DNA of 64,000 bases from Promethearchaeota archaeon. GTDB lineage: Archaea > Asgardarchaeota > Lokiarchaeia > Sigyniarchaeales > SOKP01. The notes beneath the pieces are model-generated. The model made no database searches. It had not been told where the DNA came from and saw nothing but the letters and a program-made list of their open reading frames with translations. A program made the translations under genes and the position numbers. Shown piece by piece: positions 19,150-29,918 of the stretch. Numbering within the stretch: position 1 is the stretch's first letter; each line of letters begins with the position of its first letter. The stretch is from assembly GCA_019058245.1 (NCBI GenBank), contig JAHPZJ010000026.1, positions 21,291-85,290 of the forward strand. Direction: 5' to 3'.

Positions 19150-21057
19150 CTAATTAATTGAATCTTCTTTATCAAAAAATACACGATAAAATAGCTCTCT
19201 TTCTCCCTCTTCTGGAGGAGTTATCTTAGTATATCCCCCTTTGTGAATAACACGAATTGTACCTTTGTTTTGAATATGGATATTCCCATAAAATCCTTTA
19301 ATCCCTTTTTCTTTAGCAATAATAATTAAGTGCTGGTAGAGAAAAGTTCCAATTCCTTTCTTCCTATAGTCTTCTCTAACTACGAAACTATATTCTGCCA
19401 TGTTAGTTTTAGGATTTAAATAATATGTTGCGCTTCCAATCATTTCCTCATTATCAATTTCCCCAATGAATGCTCCTAGTGAGAAGACATTATCATAATC
19501 AATATTTACTTCATTTTGAGTTTTTGAGTGTGTGAATTCTTTTCGAAGTTCAAAAAAACGTAAATATCTATCTCTTTCATTTAATGAGTAATATAACTCT
19601 TTAAGTGCCTGCTCATCAGTCGTTTTTACAGGACGAATGTTAACTTTTTCATTATCCCTTATTGTAAAAATAGTTTCATATTCAAAAGGATATAAGCAAA
19701 TTCGACCTTCCTCATCGCATGGAAGCATTTGATCTGAAAATATATAATTTAATCTCTTAGCCTCATCTAATAATGATTGTCGGAATTTTGGGTGTGCTAT
19801 GCAAATTAATTCAAGAACTCTTTCACGAATAGTTTTTCCATGAAGATAAGCAACGCCCCATTCAGTTACAACATAATGCACATCTCCACGAGACAGCAAT
19901 ATACCCGCTCCTTCATCTAAGTGAGGAACTATACGTGATTTTTCACCATCTCTAGATGTTGAGGGTATGATAATTATAGGTTTTCCTCCTTTAGAAAAAG
20001 CCGCGCCTCTCATAAAATCGATAGTTTCTCCTAAACCTGAATAAAAACTATAACCTTCTGTTGCGGCGTTTACTTGACCTGTTAAATCTATTTGTCTGGC
20101 AGAATTAATAGAAACCATCTTTTTATTCCTCCCAATTAATATTGGATTGCATACATAGTCAGATGGATAAAATTCTATATAGGGATTATTATCAACAAAC
20201 TTATATAATTTATGTGTTCCTAAAGCAAAACTAGTAATAATTTTTTCAGGATGAAAATTTTTCTTTCTACAAGTTAAAAAACCATCTTCAATAAGAGGTA
20301 TTATATTATCGGTAATGTAATGAGAGTGCATACCCAAATCTTTTTTATCCGATAAGAATGGTAAAACTGCATTTGGTAAATCACCAAATCCAATATGAAT
20401 TGTTGATTTATTTTCCACTAAATTCGCAACATTTCTTCCTATTCTTTCTGCAATTTCATCTGGTTTATCAAATTGAAACTCTAGTAGAGGAGTATCATTA
20501 TAAACAAAAAAATCAATTTCTTTCATATGTATAAAACTGTTCCCTAGTGTTCTGGGCATTTGAGGGTTAATTTCAGCAATAGTAATATAAGATGATTGAG
20601 CAATTGGTTTTGCTATATCTATATTTAGACCTAGAGAACAGAACCCATAAGGATCGGGAGGTGAAACTTGTATTAATGCTACATCGACATGTTTTTTTCC
20701 AGTTAAAAATAGAGATGGAATTTCACTAGTGAAAATTGGGGTATAATCCGCTTGGCCTTTGTTAATTTCCTCACGAAGAGTTTTACCTATAAATAAAGCA
20801 TTGTGTCTAAAAAGATCTTCAGCTTTATCCTTAAAATATTTCTCTGGGCCTATTGTTAAAAAGTGAAGAATCTCGGTATCAATTAGCTTTTCTGACTGTT
20901 TAATCAATTCTGATGTCAGTATTTGAGGTTCTGAACAACCAGAATCAATAAATACTCTATTTCCTGGAATAATTTTCTTTATTGCTTCCTCAGCTGTAAT
21001 TTCCTTGTCTTTCCACTTTTTTCTCCACTCTTCTACTATCACTTCAGAATTCATCAT
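19150..21057 (-). CDS. Acetyl-CoA hydrolase/4-hydroxybutyrate CoA-transferase-like domain fused to C-terminal GNAT acetyltransferase
   Basis: DVALIQVSPPDPYGFCSLG, IDLTGQV, DFMRGA, DVHYVVTEWG, IAHPKFR. GNAT part: RDRYLRFF...AEYSFVVREDYRKKGIGTFL. Confidence 0.9.
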   Translation of the reverse strand: MMNSEVIVEEWRKKWKDKEITAEEAIKKIIPGNRVFIDSGCSEPQILTSELIKQSEKLIDTEILHFLTIGPEKYFKDKAEDLFRHNALFIGKTLREEINKGQADYTPIFTSEIPSLFLTGKKHVDVALIQVSPPDPYGFCSLGLNIDIAKPIAQSSYITIAEINPQMPRTLGNSFIHMKEIDFFVYNDTPLLEFQFDKPDEIAERIGRNVANLVENKSTIHIGFGDLPNAVLPFLSDKKDLGMHSHYITDNIIPLIEDGFLTCRKKNFHPEKIITSFALGTHKLYKFVDNNPYIEFYPSDYVCNPILIGRNKKMVSINSARQIDLTGQVNAATEGYSFYSGLGETIDFMRGAAFSKGGKPIIIIPSTSRDGEKSRIVPHLDEGAGILLSRGDVHYVVTEWGVAYLHGKTIRERVLELICIAHPKFRQSLLDEAKRLNYIFSDQMLPCDEEGRICLYPFEYETIFTIRDNEKVNIRPVKTTDEQALKELYYSLNERDRYLRFFELRKEFTHSKTQNEVNIDYDNVFSLGAFIGEIDNEEMIGSATYYLNPKTNMAEYSFVVREDYRKKGIGTFLYQHLIIIAKEKGIKGFYGNIHIQNKGTIRVIHKGGYTKITPPEEGERELFYRVFFDKEDSIN

Positions 21058-21483
21058 AATTATATCTCAAAATTAAATTTTTTAATTATAAGTGCAATAT
21101 CTAATCTTTTTTTTAATTATTTCCCAACAATATAATGTTTTTGAAATTATAAATATATAATTTTTGGTAGAATTAATGACTTTAGCTTAATATAATGATC
21201 AGTAAAGACCAAATAGTTCAATTTGATACATAAAAAACATACCTATATACTTCTATTATCAGTTAGTCGAAGAAAAATTTCTATAATTATAATTAAATTA
21301 TAAGTAAAATGTTTAAATGGAATTATATACATTTCCCAATTGATTAAATTCTAATCATTTACACTAGAAAAATTTAAATGTAATGCATCAAAAAAAAAAA
21401 ATCTTTAAAATTATTGAAGAATTTATTAAAATTAGATATTTTAACAATTAAAATAAAAAGAAAATTTATTTAAGTGAAGAAAT

Positions 21484-23466
21484 TTGTCAAATAAAGATAA
21501 GAAAATGGAAAGCATTCTAACTGAGAATAGAATATTCGACCCAGTAAAACTGAACGAGAATTTTGCGAAGACTGGAATGTCTTTTGAAGAATATAAAAAC
21601 CTTTACAAAAGATCAATCGAAGATTTAGAAGGTTTTTGGGGAGAACAAGCTAATTCTCTTGATTGGTTTACTCCATATGAAAAAGTTTGGGAAAAAACCG
21701 ATTTATTTCCTGGCAAGTGGTTTAGTGGTGGTAAACTTAATGTTGCTTATAATTGTCTTGATAGGCATGTAAAAAATGGAAAAGGAGATCAAGTAGCTCT
21801 TATTTGGGAAGCTGATGAACCCGGACAAGTTAAATCTTATACTTATAAAGAATTACTTGCTGAAGTAAGTAAAACTGCTAATGCAATGAAAAAAGCGGGA
21901 TTAAAAAAAGGGGATAGAGTTACCATTTGGCTTCCTATGATTCCTGAATTAGCAATAATCATGTTAGCATGTGCTCGGATTGGTGTTATTCATTCAATAG
22001 TATTTGGTGGATTCTCAAAAGAAGCAGTGAAAGATAGAATTGAAGATTCAAATTCTCGATTATTATTTACTAGCGATGAAACCGCACGAGCTGGAAAATT
22101 TTATCCAAAAATGTCCGATGTAGTCCAGATTATCAATGATGTACCTACAATTGAACATGTAATTGTTGTAAAACGAACTGGAAGAGAAGTACCCCATACT
22201 GATAAAGATATTTGGTATCATGATTTTATAGAAGGAATGAGTGAGGAATGCGAACCTGAAATAATGGATTCTGAAGATACCCTATTCATTCTTTATACTA
22301 GTGGTACAACGGGAAAACCAAAGGGAGTAAATCATACAACAGCAGGATATATATTATATACATCTTTTACTCACAAACTTGTATTCAATTATCAAGATGG
22401 AGATATCTGGTACTGTACTGCTGATATTGGATGGATCACTGGACATTCTTATATTACATATGGACCTTTAGCTAATGGTGCTACAACTCTTATGTTTGAG
22501 GGAGTTCCAACTTACCCTGATGTTGATCGATTCTGGGATATTGTTGAGCGTCATAAAGTAACTCATTTCTATACGGCCCCTACTGCAATTCGTGCTTTAA
22601 TGAGATATGGTGATGAACCTGTAAAAAAACATGATCTTAGTTCCTTAAAAGTTTTAGGTACTGTTGGTGAACCTATTAATCCAGAAGCATGGACGTGGTA
22701 TCATCGTATAGTAGGTAAAGAACGTTGTCCAATTGTTGATACTTACTGGCAAACGGAGACTGGAGGTTTCATCATGACTCCTATAGCAACAGCCACACCC
22801 ACTAAACCAGGATCATGCTGTCTACCATTCTTAGGTATTAAACCTGTTATTTTCGATTTGGAAGGGGAAGAAGTTACAGAACCTCATGAAGGCGGATATT
22901 TTGCAATAGCAAGTCCTTGGCCTGGAATGTTAAGGGATGTTTGGGGCGATACTGAAAGATTTAAATCGACTTACCTTGAACGATATCCCGGTTATTATTA
23001 CACTGGTGATGGAGCACGACGAGATGAAGATGGATATTATTGGATTTTAGGTAGGTTAGATGATGTTATTAAAGTATCTGGGCATAGAATTGGTACAATG
23101 GAAGTAGAATCCGCTCTTGTGAGCCATCCTAGTGTTGCAGAAGCTGCTGTTGCGCCATTTCCACATAAAATCAAAGGACAGGCAATTTGGGCTTATGTAA
23201 CTCTTATGCAGGGCGTTGAGAAATCAGCTAAATTATCTAAAGAAATAAGAATGCATGTACGGCAAGAAATCGGACCAGTTTTTCAACCTGATGTTATTCA
23301 GTTCGCTGATGCATTACCTAAAACGAGAAGTGGTAAGATTATGCGTAGAATCTTAAAAGCTATCGCAGCAGGAACGGATATTGGAAATGTAACCACTCTA
23401 GCGGATCCCTCTGTAGTAGATGACCTACTGGAAGAACGGAAGAAAATGGATATTGAGACGGATTAA
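21484..23466 (+). CDS. acs: AMP-forming acetyl-CoA synthetase
   Basis: YTSGTTGKPKG, TADIGWITGHSY, VGEPINPEAW, DTYWQTETG, LPKTRSGKIMRR. Confidence 0.97.
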   Translation: MSNKDKKMESILTENRIFDPVKLNENFAKTGMSFEEYKNLYKRSIEDLEGFWGEQANSLDWFTPYEKVWEKTDLFPGKWFSGGKLNVAYNCLDRHVKNGKGDQVALIWEADEPGQVKSYTYKELLAEVSKTANAMKKAGLKKGDRVTIWLPMIPELAIIMLACARIGVIHSIVFGGFSKEAVKDRIEDSNSRLLFTSDETARAGKFYPKMSDVVQIINDVPTIEHVIVVKRTGREVPHTDKDIWYHDFIEGMSEECEPEIMDSEDTLFILYTSGTTGKPKGVNHTTAGYILYTSFTHKLVFNYQDGDIWYCTADIGWITGHSYITYGPLANGATTLMFEGVPTYPDVDRFWDIVERHKVTHFYTAPTAIRALMRYGDEPVKKHDLSSLKVLGTVGEPINPEAWTWYHRIVGKERCPIVDTYWQTETGGFIMTPIATATPTKPGSCCLPFLGIKPVIFDLEGEEVTEPHEGGYFAIASPWPGMLRDVWGDTERFKSTYLERYPGYYYTGDGARRDEDGYYWILGRLDDVIKVSGHRIGTMEVESALVSHPSVAEAAVAPFPHKIKGQAIWAYVTLMQGVEKSAKLSKEIRMHVRQEIGPVFQPDVIQFADALPKTRSGKIMRRILKAIAAGTDIGNVTTLADPSVVDDLLEERKKMDIETD

Positions 23467-23647
23467 CTCTATTTTTGTTTATTTTTTTCATTTTTTTAAA
23501 ATTCGATCATTAAAATTACATCATTATTTAGCACTTTTAGTTTATTAAGTCTCATAAAAAATAGCTATTCAAATATTTTTAGTTAGAGATATTTCTAATT
23601 TATAATAGAAAGAATAAAAAAAAATCAAAGGAATTTCGAAATATTTT

Positions 23648-25057
23648 TTACTTTCGACGATTTACAATCCTTTCAATAAGAATAATAATAATAACTATTA
23701 TCGCAATTGGAGGGAATATTAATAGAAATAACCTAAATACCCATAATTCTGCTATATGTTCAGCAAGTACAAACATCAATCCATCTATAAAAGTACTAAT
23801 CAAGGAAATACATGTAAATAGAAATAAAATATTGTTCATTTTATTATCGCTTAATTCCTGCAATCTTTCTTTACCTCTATTATGTAAATATTCAAATACA
23901 TCCAATTTTTCCATAAAAAAAGCTTCCATTTGAGAATTCCTCCAACTTTCAATAGATTGTTGGTATATAAAATGGGCAAATGGGGCTAAATTTTGTAAAT
24001 AATTCGATTTATTTACAGAATACAATTCCATTTCCATTCTTAATTTATTTATCCATCTAACAGCTTTTCTTACACGTCGCTTTTGTAATCCTTGATAAGA
24101 TGCAAGCTGATTCAAACGTCTATATAATATTTCATTAAAAACCTGCAGAGTACGCCATTCAATTTCCAAATATCTCAGTATCTCTTTAGCATAATTAAAT
24201 TCTTTATCATTTAATCCAGCCCATAAACTATTTCCCCATCCAATATGGACAAATCCATCTGTATCTTTTGCAAAATTTATACGACCTTCAGGATGACTAA
24301 CTTCGATAATTTTTCTCATAATCTCATCTATAGGCAATATATCCTGTTGATTTTTTTTGTTTTTTATAAGGACTATATGACCCCATAAGGGAATATCAGA
24401 TTGTTGATTACTAAACAATTCCTCATAGTTAATTATGGGTTTTCCAATATCTAATTCATCAAAAATCTCCTTAGATATTCTAAAAACATTTTTTCCAATC
24501 GATTCAGTTTCTTTTAATAGATCCGGAAATCGTACAATTTTATCTAGTAATTTTGCCATTATTTTTTTTGGTTCTTCCTCCTGTATTTTTATGAAATCTT
24601 GTGTAAATTCTATTTCTAGCTTACAATAAATCATTCCAATACCATATTCATGAAAACTCATGGATTCAAAAATAAGTAATGGAGGTGCTTTAAATATGTT
24701 CATTCCAATTATATCTAAAGGTAAAGTATATTTTTTTTTAACTTGAATGGTAATAATACTTTTATCTCTTTGAGTAGCACCACTTCCTCCTGTACCTGTA
24801 AATAAAAGCTCATCTATCTCACCATGGATCATTTTTTCATCTGTTTTCGCCCACTTTTTTATACTTTCGATTGGATTAACCTCATCCTTAAACTTTTCAA
24901 TTAAAATCTGGTCAGGATAAATTTTTTCTAGTTTTAAAAAGAGAAGTTTTCTTATTTTTTCATATTTTCCAATTAAAGTAGAATAATCAAAAACCATTCT
25001 TGAATTGAAAGGAGTGATAACATAAAAAGTATCTTTTCTATCATCTACCATTTCCAT
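23648..25057 (-). CDS. Hypothetical protein with CorA-like architecture (large soluble domain, long helix, two C-terminal TM helices)
   Basis: 469 aa, ending ...DNKMNNILFLFTCISLISTFIDG...FLLIFPPIAIIVIIIILIERIVNRRK. No GMN motif. Confidence 0.55.
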   Translation of the reverse strand: MEMVDDRKDTFYVITPFNSRMVFDYSTLIGKYEKIRKLLFLKLEKIYPDQILIEKFKDEVNPIESIKKWAKTDEKMIHGEIDELLFTGTGGSGATQRDKSIITIQVKKKYTLPLDIIGMNIFKAPPLLIFESMSFHEYGIGMIYCKLEIEFTQDFIKIQEEEPKKIMAKLLDKIVRFPDLLKETESIGKNVFRISKEIFDELDIGKPIINYEELFSNQQSDIPLWGHIVLIKNKKNQQDILPIDEIMRKIIEVSHPEGRINFAKDTDGFVHIGWGNSLWAGLNDKEFNYAKEILRYLEIEWRTLQVFNEILYRRLNQLASYQGLQKRRVRKAVRWINKLRMEMELYSVNKSNYLQNLAPFAHFIYQQSIESWRNSQMEAFFMEKLDVFEYLHNRGKERLQELSDNKMNNILFLFTCISLISTFIDGLMFVLAEHIAELWVFRLFLLIFPPIAIIVIIIILIERIVNRRK

Positions 25058-25312
25058 TATTGATTCACAATATTATAGTATATCTAAAATTTATTATTAA
25101 TAATTATATTTCTAATTAGTAAAATAATTTTGGAAAAAGAAAAGCACAAATTAATTAGAGTATTAATGAAAATTAGTAATAAGCAATCCCAAATTTCTTT
25201 ATAGATTTAGAACTATCTTTTTCATTAATATTAATAATTAATAAGGTCATAAATCTAATTTCTCAATTTAACAAAAAAAAAATGAAAATGGAAAGGTTCT
25301 TTTCTTATAAAA

Positions 25313-25861
25313 CTATGGTATTAAAAGGGGTCCTAAAAGAAAATACCATAAAAAGTATCCGAAAATACTACCTGAAAGAGCACCTACTAAGAAAGTTAAC
25401 CTAACATTCTTAGGAATTTTATAAAGAGATACTAAAAGTATAGCTATACTAATAAGAGCAAATAATATTAAAAATGTTTCTGGATGAATCTTAATTATAT
25501 CTGCCATTATATATTCATCGATAGTATTTGATGGAGTAATTAAATAGCTTATTAAGTTAAATATGAATCTTGCTCCCATTGATATGAAAATTAGACAGAT
25601 TAAGAAATTTATATTAAAGAAGTTATTTTCAAGAATTTTTCTACTATGGTTTTTATTATAACTAACTAATAGTATAATAAAAGGAATTATACATTGGATC
25701 CAAGTTGATAAAGGACCCCCTAGAATAAAAAAGAAATATAGTGATTCTTCATTAGCAGGATTGATGGAAGTAGTTGTATATGAATAATGGATTTGTGCTT
25801 CATATCCATTTATTATCGCAACTAGAAAATGCCCTACTTCATGGAGTAGAGTTCCAATCAT
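25313..25861 (-). CDS. Membrane zinc metalloprotease-like protein (M50-like)
   Basis: LLHEVGH and ILGGP plus TM helices. The frame stays open 35 codons upstream of the ATG, so the start may be earlier (possibly ATA at 25951). Confidence 0.7.
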   Translation of the reverse strand: MIGTLLHEVGHFLVAIINGYEAQIHYSYTTTSINPANEESLYFFFILGGPLSTWIQCIIPFIILLVSYNKNHSRKILENNFFNINFLICLIFISMGARFIFNLISYLITPSNTIDEYIMADIIKIHPETFLILFALISIAILLVSLYKIPKNVRLTFLVGALSGSIFGYFLWYFLLGPLLIP

Positions 25862-26322
25862 AGGAATAAATATAAAAATGCAGAATATTTTTACTATTAA
25901 AATTATATACTCATTATTCTCTATAGTTCTACTTGATATAGTTAAATTTATTTTTGAATCACTTTTTTACCCAAGTTCCAATATCATATAATAAATTTAA
26001 TTTTTCATAAACTTTTTTCCCATAAATCATCTTAACGTTAATTTTATTTTCCAATTTTCCATTCTATTGGTGCTTTCCAGATTCATTTTTTCTTTAATAC
26101 TCTCTGGAGGTGTTCAACCAAAAGCAATATGCAATGCCTCTATCCGCTTTGAAAACTTTCCACCCTCAGGTGTTCTAATAATATATTTAGTTCATATATA
26201 TCTAGTAGTAATAGTTTTTTTTTAAAAGTATAAACATAAATAAATCAATTTTTTTAAATATTTCAGAGATTTTTTGATTTTTCTTATTAGATATTCATTT
26301 TATTAATAGAAAGGTTTTAAAA

Positions 26323-27993
26323 TTGAATTTAGAGATTGAAGAATTATCTGAAAAAGTAAGAGGAATGGAATCTAAAGAAGCTGTGGAAATGCTAGTTTCA
26401 TTATTTTCTACATCAAAGAATGTAGAATTGAAAATAAAGGCCGTAGATCTTTTAAATGAGCATAATGATATTGGAAATAAAAGTTTTCAAGAAATAAAAA
26501 CTGTTTTTATAAAAGATCATCATCCTCGATTAAGGCTTAAATTAATTAACTTAATAGCACAATATCATCAATATGAAGGAAGTGATTTTTTAAAGGAACA
26601 GTATAAAAATTGTAAAGATGGAACAGTTCGAAAACATCTAATCAATAAAGTTGGAGAGAATAGTCTAAATGATTCAATATCGTTTCTTATCGAATCATTA
26701 AGTGATTCTGATTTTGAAGCAAAAAGAGAAGCAATAACCCTCTTAGGAAAAACTAATGCGGCTGAAGCACTAAAACCATTGATAGATATGTTTCATTTCA
26801 GGAATGCTGATATTTATAATGCTCTGATTAATTCTATTGTAAAAATTGGAAAGAAAGGAAACTTAAAACCAATACTTGAGTATGTAGATATAGAAGATCT
26901 TTATATTAAAAGAGAGATTCCTGTGATACTTGGAAAGATAAAAAATAAGGAGAGTGAAAAAGTTTTAATAAACCTTTTAAAAGATAGAGATGCAATAATA
27001 CGGAAAAATTCTGCAACGGCTTTAGAAAAAATAGTTGAATTGAAAAATATAAGGCATATTTTAGAATTATTAAAAGATGAAAATATTGAAGTAAAGAAAG
27101 AAGCTATACGAGTATTGGGTAATGTAGAGAGTAAGAGGGCTATCTCCCCTTTATTTGAAATACTCAAAGAAAATGACGTAAAACTAAGAAATCTTGCTAA
27201 AAATGCTCTTTTTAAAATTTTTGAAAAATATAAATCCTTTGATCCTATTTATGAAATAGTAAAGGGAAGAAACATTAATGCTAGGAGGGAAGCAATAAAA
27301 CTATTAGGAATATTAAAAGATGTTAATGCTATTGACTTTTTGATATCTATTTTCAATAGTAAAGTAGCAAGTTTACGAGGCTCTGCTTATAGATCACTTT
27401 TAAAAATTTTAGATAACAAAATTGACAATAAAATTCTTAATGCATTATCAGACAAATCTTGGCAAGTAAGAATGTTTTGTGTCAAAATCCTAGGTGAAAT
27501 TAAAGATTCACAAACATTAGATCAGATTTTTAGTTTAATTGAGGATGAACACGGGAGCGTTAGAAAATCAGCTGTTGATGCATTAATCAAATTTGAACAT
27601 GAAGAAGTATTAAATTTTGCAAACAACGCTCTGAAGAGTCCAAACTGGAAGACTAGAAGAGCCGCAGTTAAAATATTATTAAGAACTGGAAGTCAGGATT
27701 CATTAAACTCTCTGATTTCATGTTTAAATGATGATGATGTATATATAAAAAGCTGGGCTGCTATGGCATTAGGAAATCTTAAGGATATAGATACTATTGA
27801 ACCTTTTATCCAGCTTTTGAAAGAAAATGATGAAAAAATAAGAATATCTGCCGTAAAGGCTTTAGGTGAGATTGCAAATAAAGAATCAATTAAACCTCTC
27901 ATACAAGCATTAGGAGACGATAATTGGAATGTAAGAAAAGAAATTGAGAAAGCTCTAAATAAAATTGATCCTGATTGGATGAGCTATTTATAA
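26323..27993 (+). CDS. HEAT-repeat (PBS lyase-like) protein
   Basis: Recurrent LxDxxxxVRxxAxxALGxI units across 556 aa. Confidence 0.9.
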   Translation: MNLEIEELSEKVRGMESKEAVEMLVSLFSTSKNVELKIKAVDLLNEHNDIGNKSFQEIKTVFIKDHHPRLRLKLINLIAQYHQYEGSDFLKEQYKNCKDGTVRKHLINKVGENSLNDSISFLIESLSDSDFEAKREAITLLGKTNAAEALKPLIDMFHFRNADIYNALINSIVKIGKKGNLKPILEYVDIEDLYIKREIPVILGKIKNKESEKVLINLLKDRDAIIRKNSATALEKIVELKNIRHILELLKDENIEVKKEAIRVLGNVESKRAISPLFEILKENDVKLRNLAKNALFKIFEKYKSFDPIYEIVKGRNINARREAIKLLGILKDVNAIDFLISIFNSKVASLRGSAYRSLLKILDNKIDNKILNALSDKSWQVRMFCVKILGEIKDSQTLDQIFSLIEDEHGSVRKSAVDALIKFEHEEVLNFANNALKSPNWKTRRAAVKILLRTGSQDSLNSLISCLNDDDVYIKSWAAMALGNLKDIDTIEPFIQLLKENDEKIRISAVKALGEIANKESIKPLIQALGDDNWNVRKEIEKALNKIDPDWMSYL

Positions 27994-28049
27994 AGAAATT
28001 AAAAAACTTAAAAATAAATAGTAATTTTAAGACGGTTCACTACAAATTA

Positions 28050-28433
28050 TTATAATTTAATTAAGTTTTGAATGACTTCTTCTAATTGATTGAATATTAA
28101 GTTTATATTAGAAGTTTTTTTCACAATCAAAATTAAAAATGTTTTATCGTCACATTCATAGATTAGAATTGTTTTTTCTTCTAATTCGGTAATAATCTTA
28201 AGAATTCTTCTATTACCCATTGTTTCGCCAATACCTAATGCACTTTCTAAAACTGAAGCACACATAGAAGTGAAATTTTTGTTCTTAAATCCGTCTTCTG
28301 TAATTTCTGTAATTATACCCCCATCTCTATATGCATAAATTATGCATTCTAGATTTCCTTTTTGATTGAACTCAGTAAGAAGATCTTTTGCTTCTTTAGA
28401 CTTTTCCAGATTTGAATTACTCATAAAATTCAT
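28050..28433 (-). CDS. Roadblock/LC7 domain protein (divergent)
   Basis: IIYAYRDGGII...FTSMCASVLESA...FLILIV...NINLIFNQL pattern. Confidence 0.8.
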   Translation of the reverse strand: MNFMSNSNLEKSKEAKDLLTEFNQKGNLECIIYAYRDGGIITEITEDGFKNKNFTSMCASVLESALGIGETMGNRRILKIITELEEKTILIYECDDKTFLILIVKKTSNINLIFNQLEEVIQNLIKL

Positions 28434-28501
28434 TAAATTATATATTTCAGTTTCTGTAAATATAGATAATTAAATAAAACTATTTATTTATAGTAATATA
28501 T

Positions 28502-29917
28502 ATGGAAAAAGCGAATTCTCATAAAAAAATAATTCAATTAATAAAAAATTCGAATGATGAATTTATTGAAAACGAATTACGCCCATTTTTAAGAATTCCA
28601 AGTTATACACTTAATCAGGAAGGTATTAAGCAAACTAAAAACTTTCTAGTTTCTTATATCTCCGAATTTTGCGAAGATATAAAGGAATTTAAAGGTGAAA
28701 TTAATCCTTTAATCATTGCTAACGTTGAAGGAAAAATCAAAAATCCATTACTAATTTATATGATGTATGATACTCAGCCTATTAGTCAAGAAAATGAATG
28801 GCTTAGTAAACCTTTTGATGCAGATATTAAGATCTTATCATCTCCACTTGAGGAATTGGGCAATTGTATTATAGCTAGAGGAGCATACAATTCAAAATCT
28901 CCATTATTATGTTTTCTAAATATAATTAAAATTTTAAAAAATCAGAAAACTCTTCCTATCTCTTTATTACTACTATTTGATGGTGATGAAGAAAATGGCT
29001 CACCTTCTTTATTAAAATTCATTGAAAATGAGAAATATAAAAAAATTTTTAAAAATTGTAGAGATGCATATTATCCTGCCAATAAACAAGATCTCAAACA
29101 AAAGTCGGTATTAAAATTAGGTTATAAAGGAATTTTATCATTGACAATAAAAATTTCATCAGAAAATAAAGAACCGCATTCCGCATTTAGTGGAATGATT
29201 CCTAATCCCGCCATCGATTTAATTTCTCTACTTAATACCATTTATTCTAATAATCAATTCAATATTGATAGTTTGAGACATGTTTATATACCTACAAGTG
29301 AAGAACAATCTCTGTTGGAAGATCTCTATAAGAAAATTAACATTGAAGATATAAAAAAAAAAGCTGGTATAATACAAACGATTGAAAAAGATCCTAAGAA
29401 AGCATTCACTAATTATCTGTTTAATCCCACTTTTAATATATCTACCTTAAAATCGGGATTTTTAGAAGAAGGAATAAAAAATTATGTACCTAATCAAGCT
29501 ATATGTAATATCGATATTAGATTTGCTCACGATATTTCAAATAAAATAATTTTTAAGGAAATTAAGGACAAGATTGAGATTTTTGCTAATAGGACAAATT
29601 CTCAAATTGAAATATCTAAAAATATTGGATATGATAGGTCTCGAGTAAGGATTAATTCTCCTCTTGTTAAGAGTCTTATTAAAAGCGCAGAGTCTTTAGG
29701 ATTTTCAACTGAAGTATGGCCTATAAGTGCCGCAGCAGCACCTTTGAGTAAAATTCAAAAAGAATTAGGATTAGATTTTATTACAGGCGGATTAGGGATT
29801 GGGGGGTTCGCCCATTCAGCGAATGAATTTATTCAATATGACTCAATTATTAACACACGAATTTCAAATTATCATTTCCTTAATATATATTCAAATCTTA
29901 TTACACAACAATTATAA
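28502..29917 (+). CDS. M20/M25/M40 family metallo-hydrolase
   Basis: MYDTQP, IARGAYNSK, DGDEENGS, GYKG, DIRF, AHSANE. Some metal ligands are substituted. Confidence 0.85.
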   Translation: MEKANSHKKIIQLIKNSNDEFIENELRPFLRIPSYTLNQEGIKQTKNFLVSYISEFCEDIKEFKGEINPLIIANVEGKIKNPLLIYMMYDTQPISQENEWLSKPFDADIKILSSPLEELGNCIIARGAYNSKSPLLCFLNIIKILKNQKTLPISLLLLFDGDEENGSPSLLKFIENEKYKKIFKNCRDAYYPANKQDLKQKSVLKLGYKGILSLTIKISSENKEPHSAFSGMIPNPAIDLISLLNTIYSNNQFNIDSLRHVYIPTSEEQSLLEDLYKKINIEDIKKKAGIIQTIEKDPKKAFTNYLFNPTFNISTLKSGFLEEGIKNYVPNQAICNIDIRFAHDISNKIIFKEIKDKIEIFANRTNSQIEISKNIGYDRSRVRINSPLVKSLIKSAESLGFSTEVWPISAAAAPLSKIQKELGLDFITGGLGIGGFAHSANEFIQYDSIINTRISNYHFLNIYSNLITQQL

Positions 29918-29918
29918 T

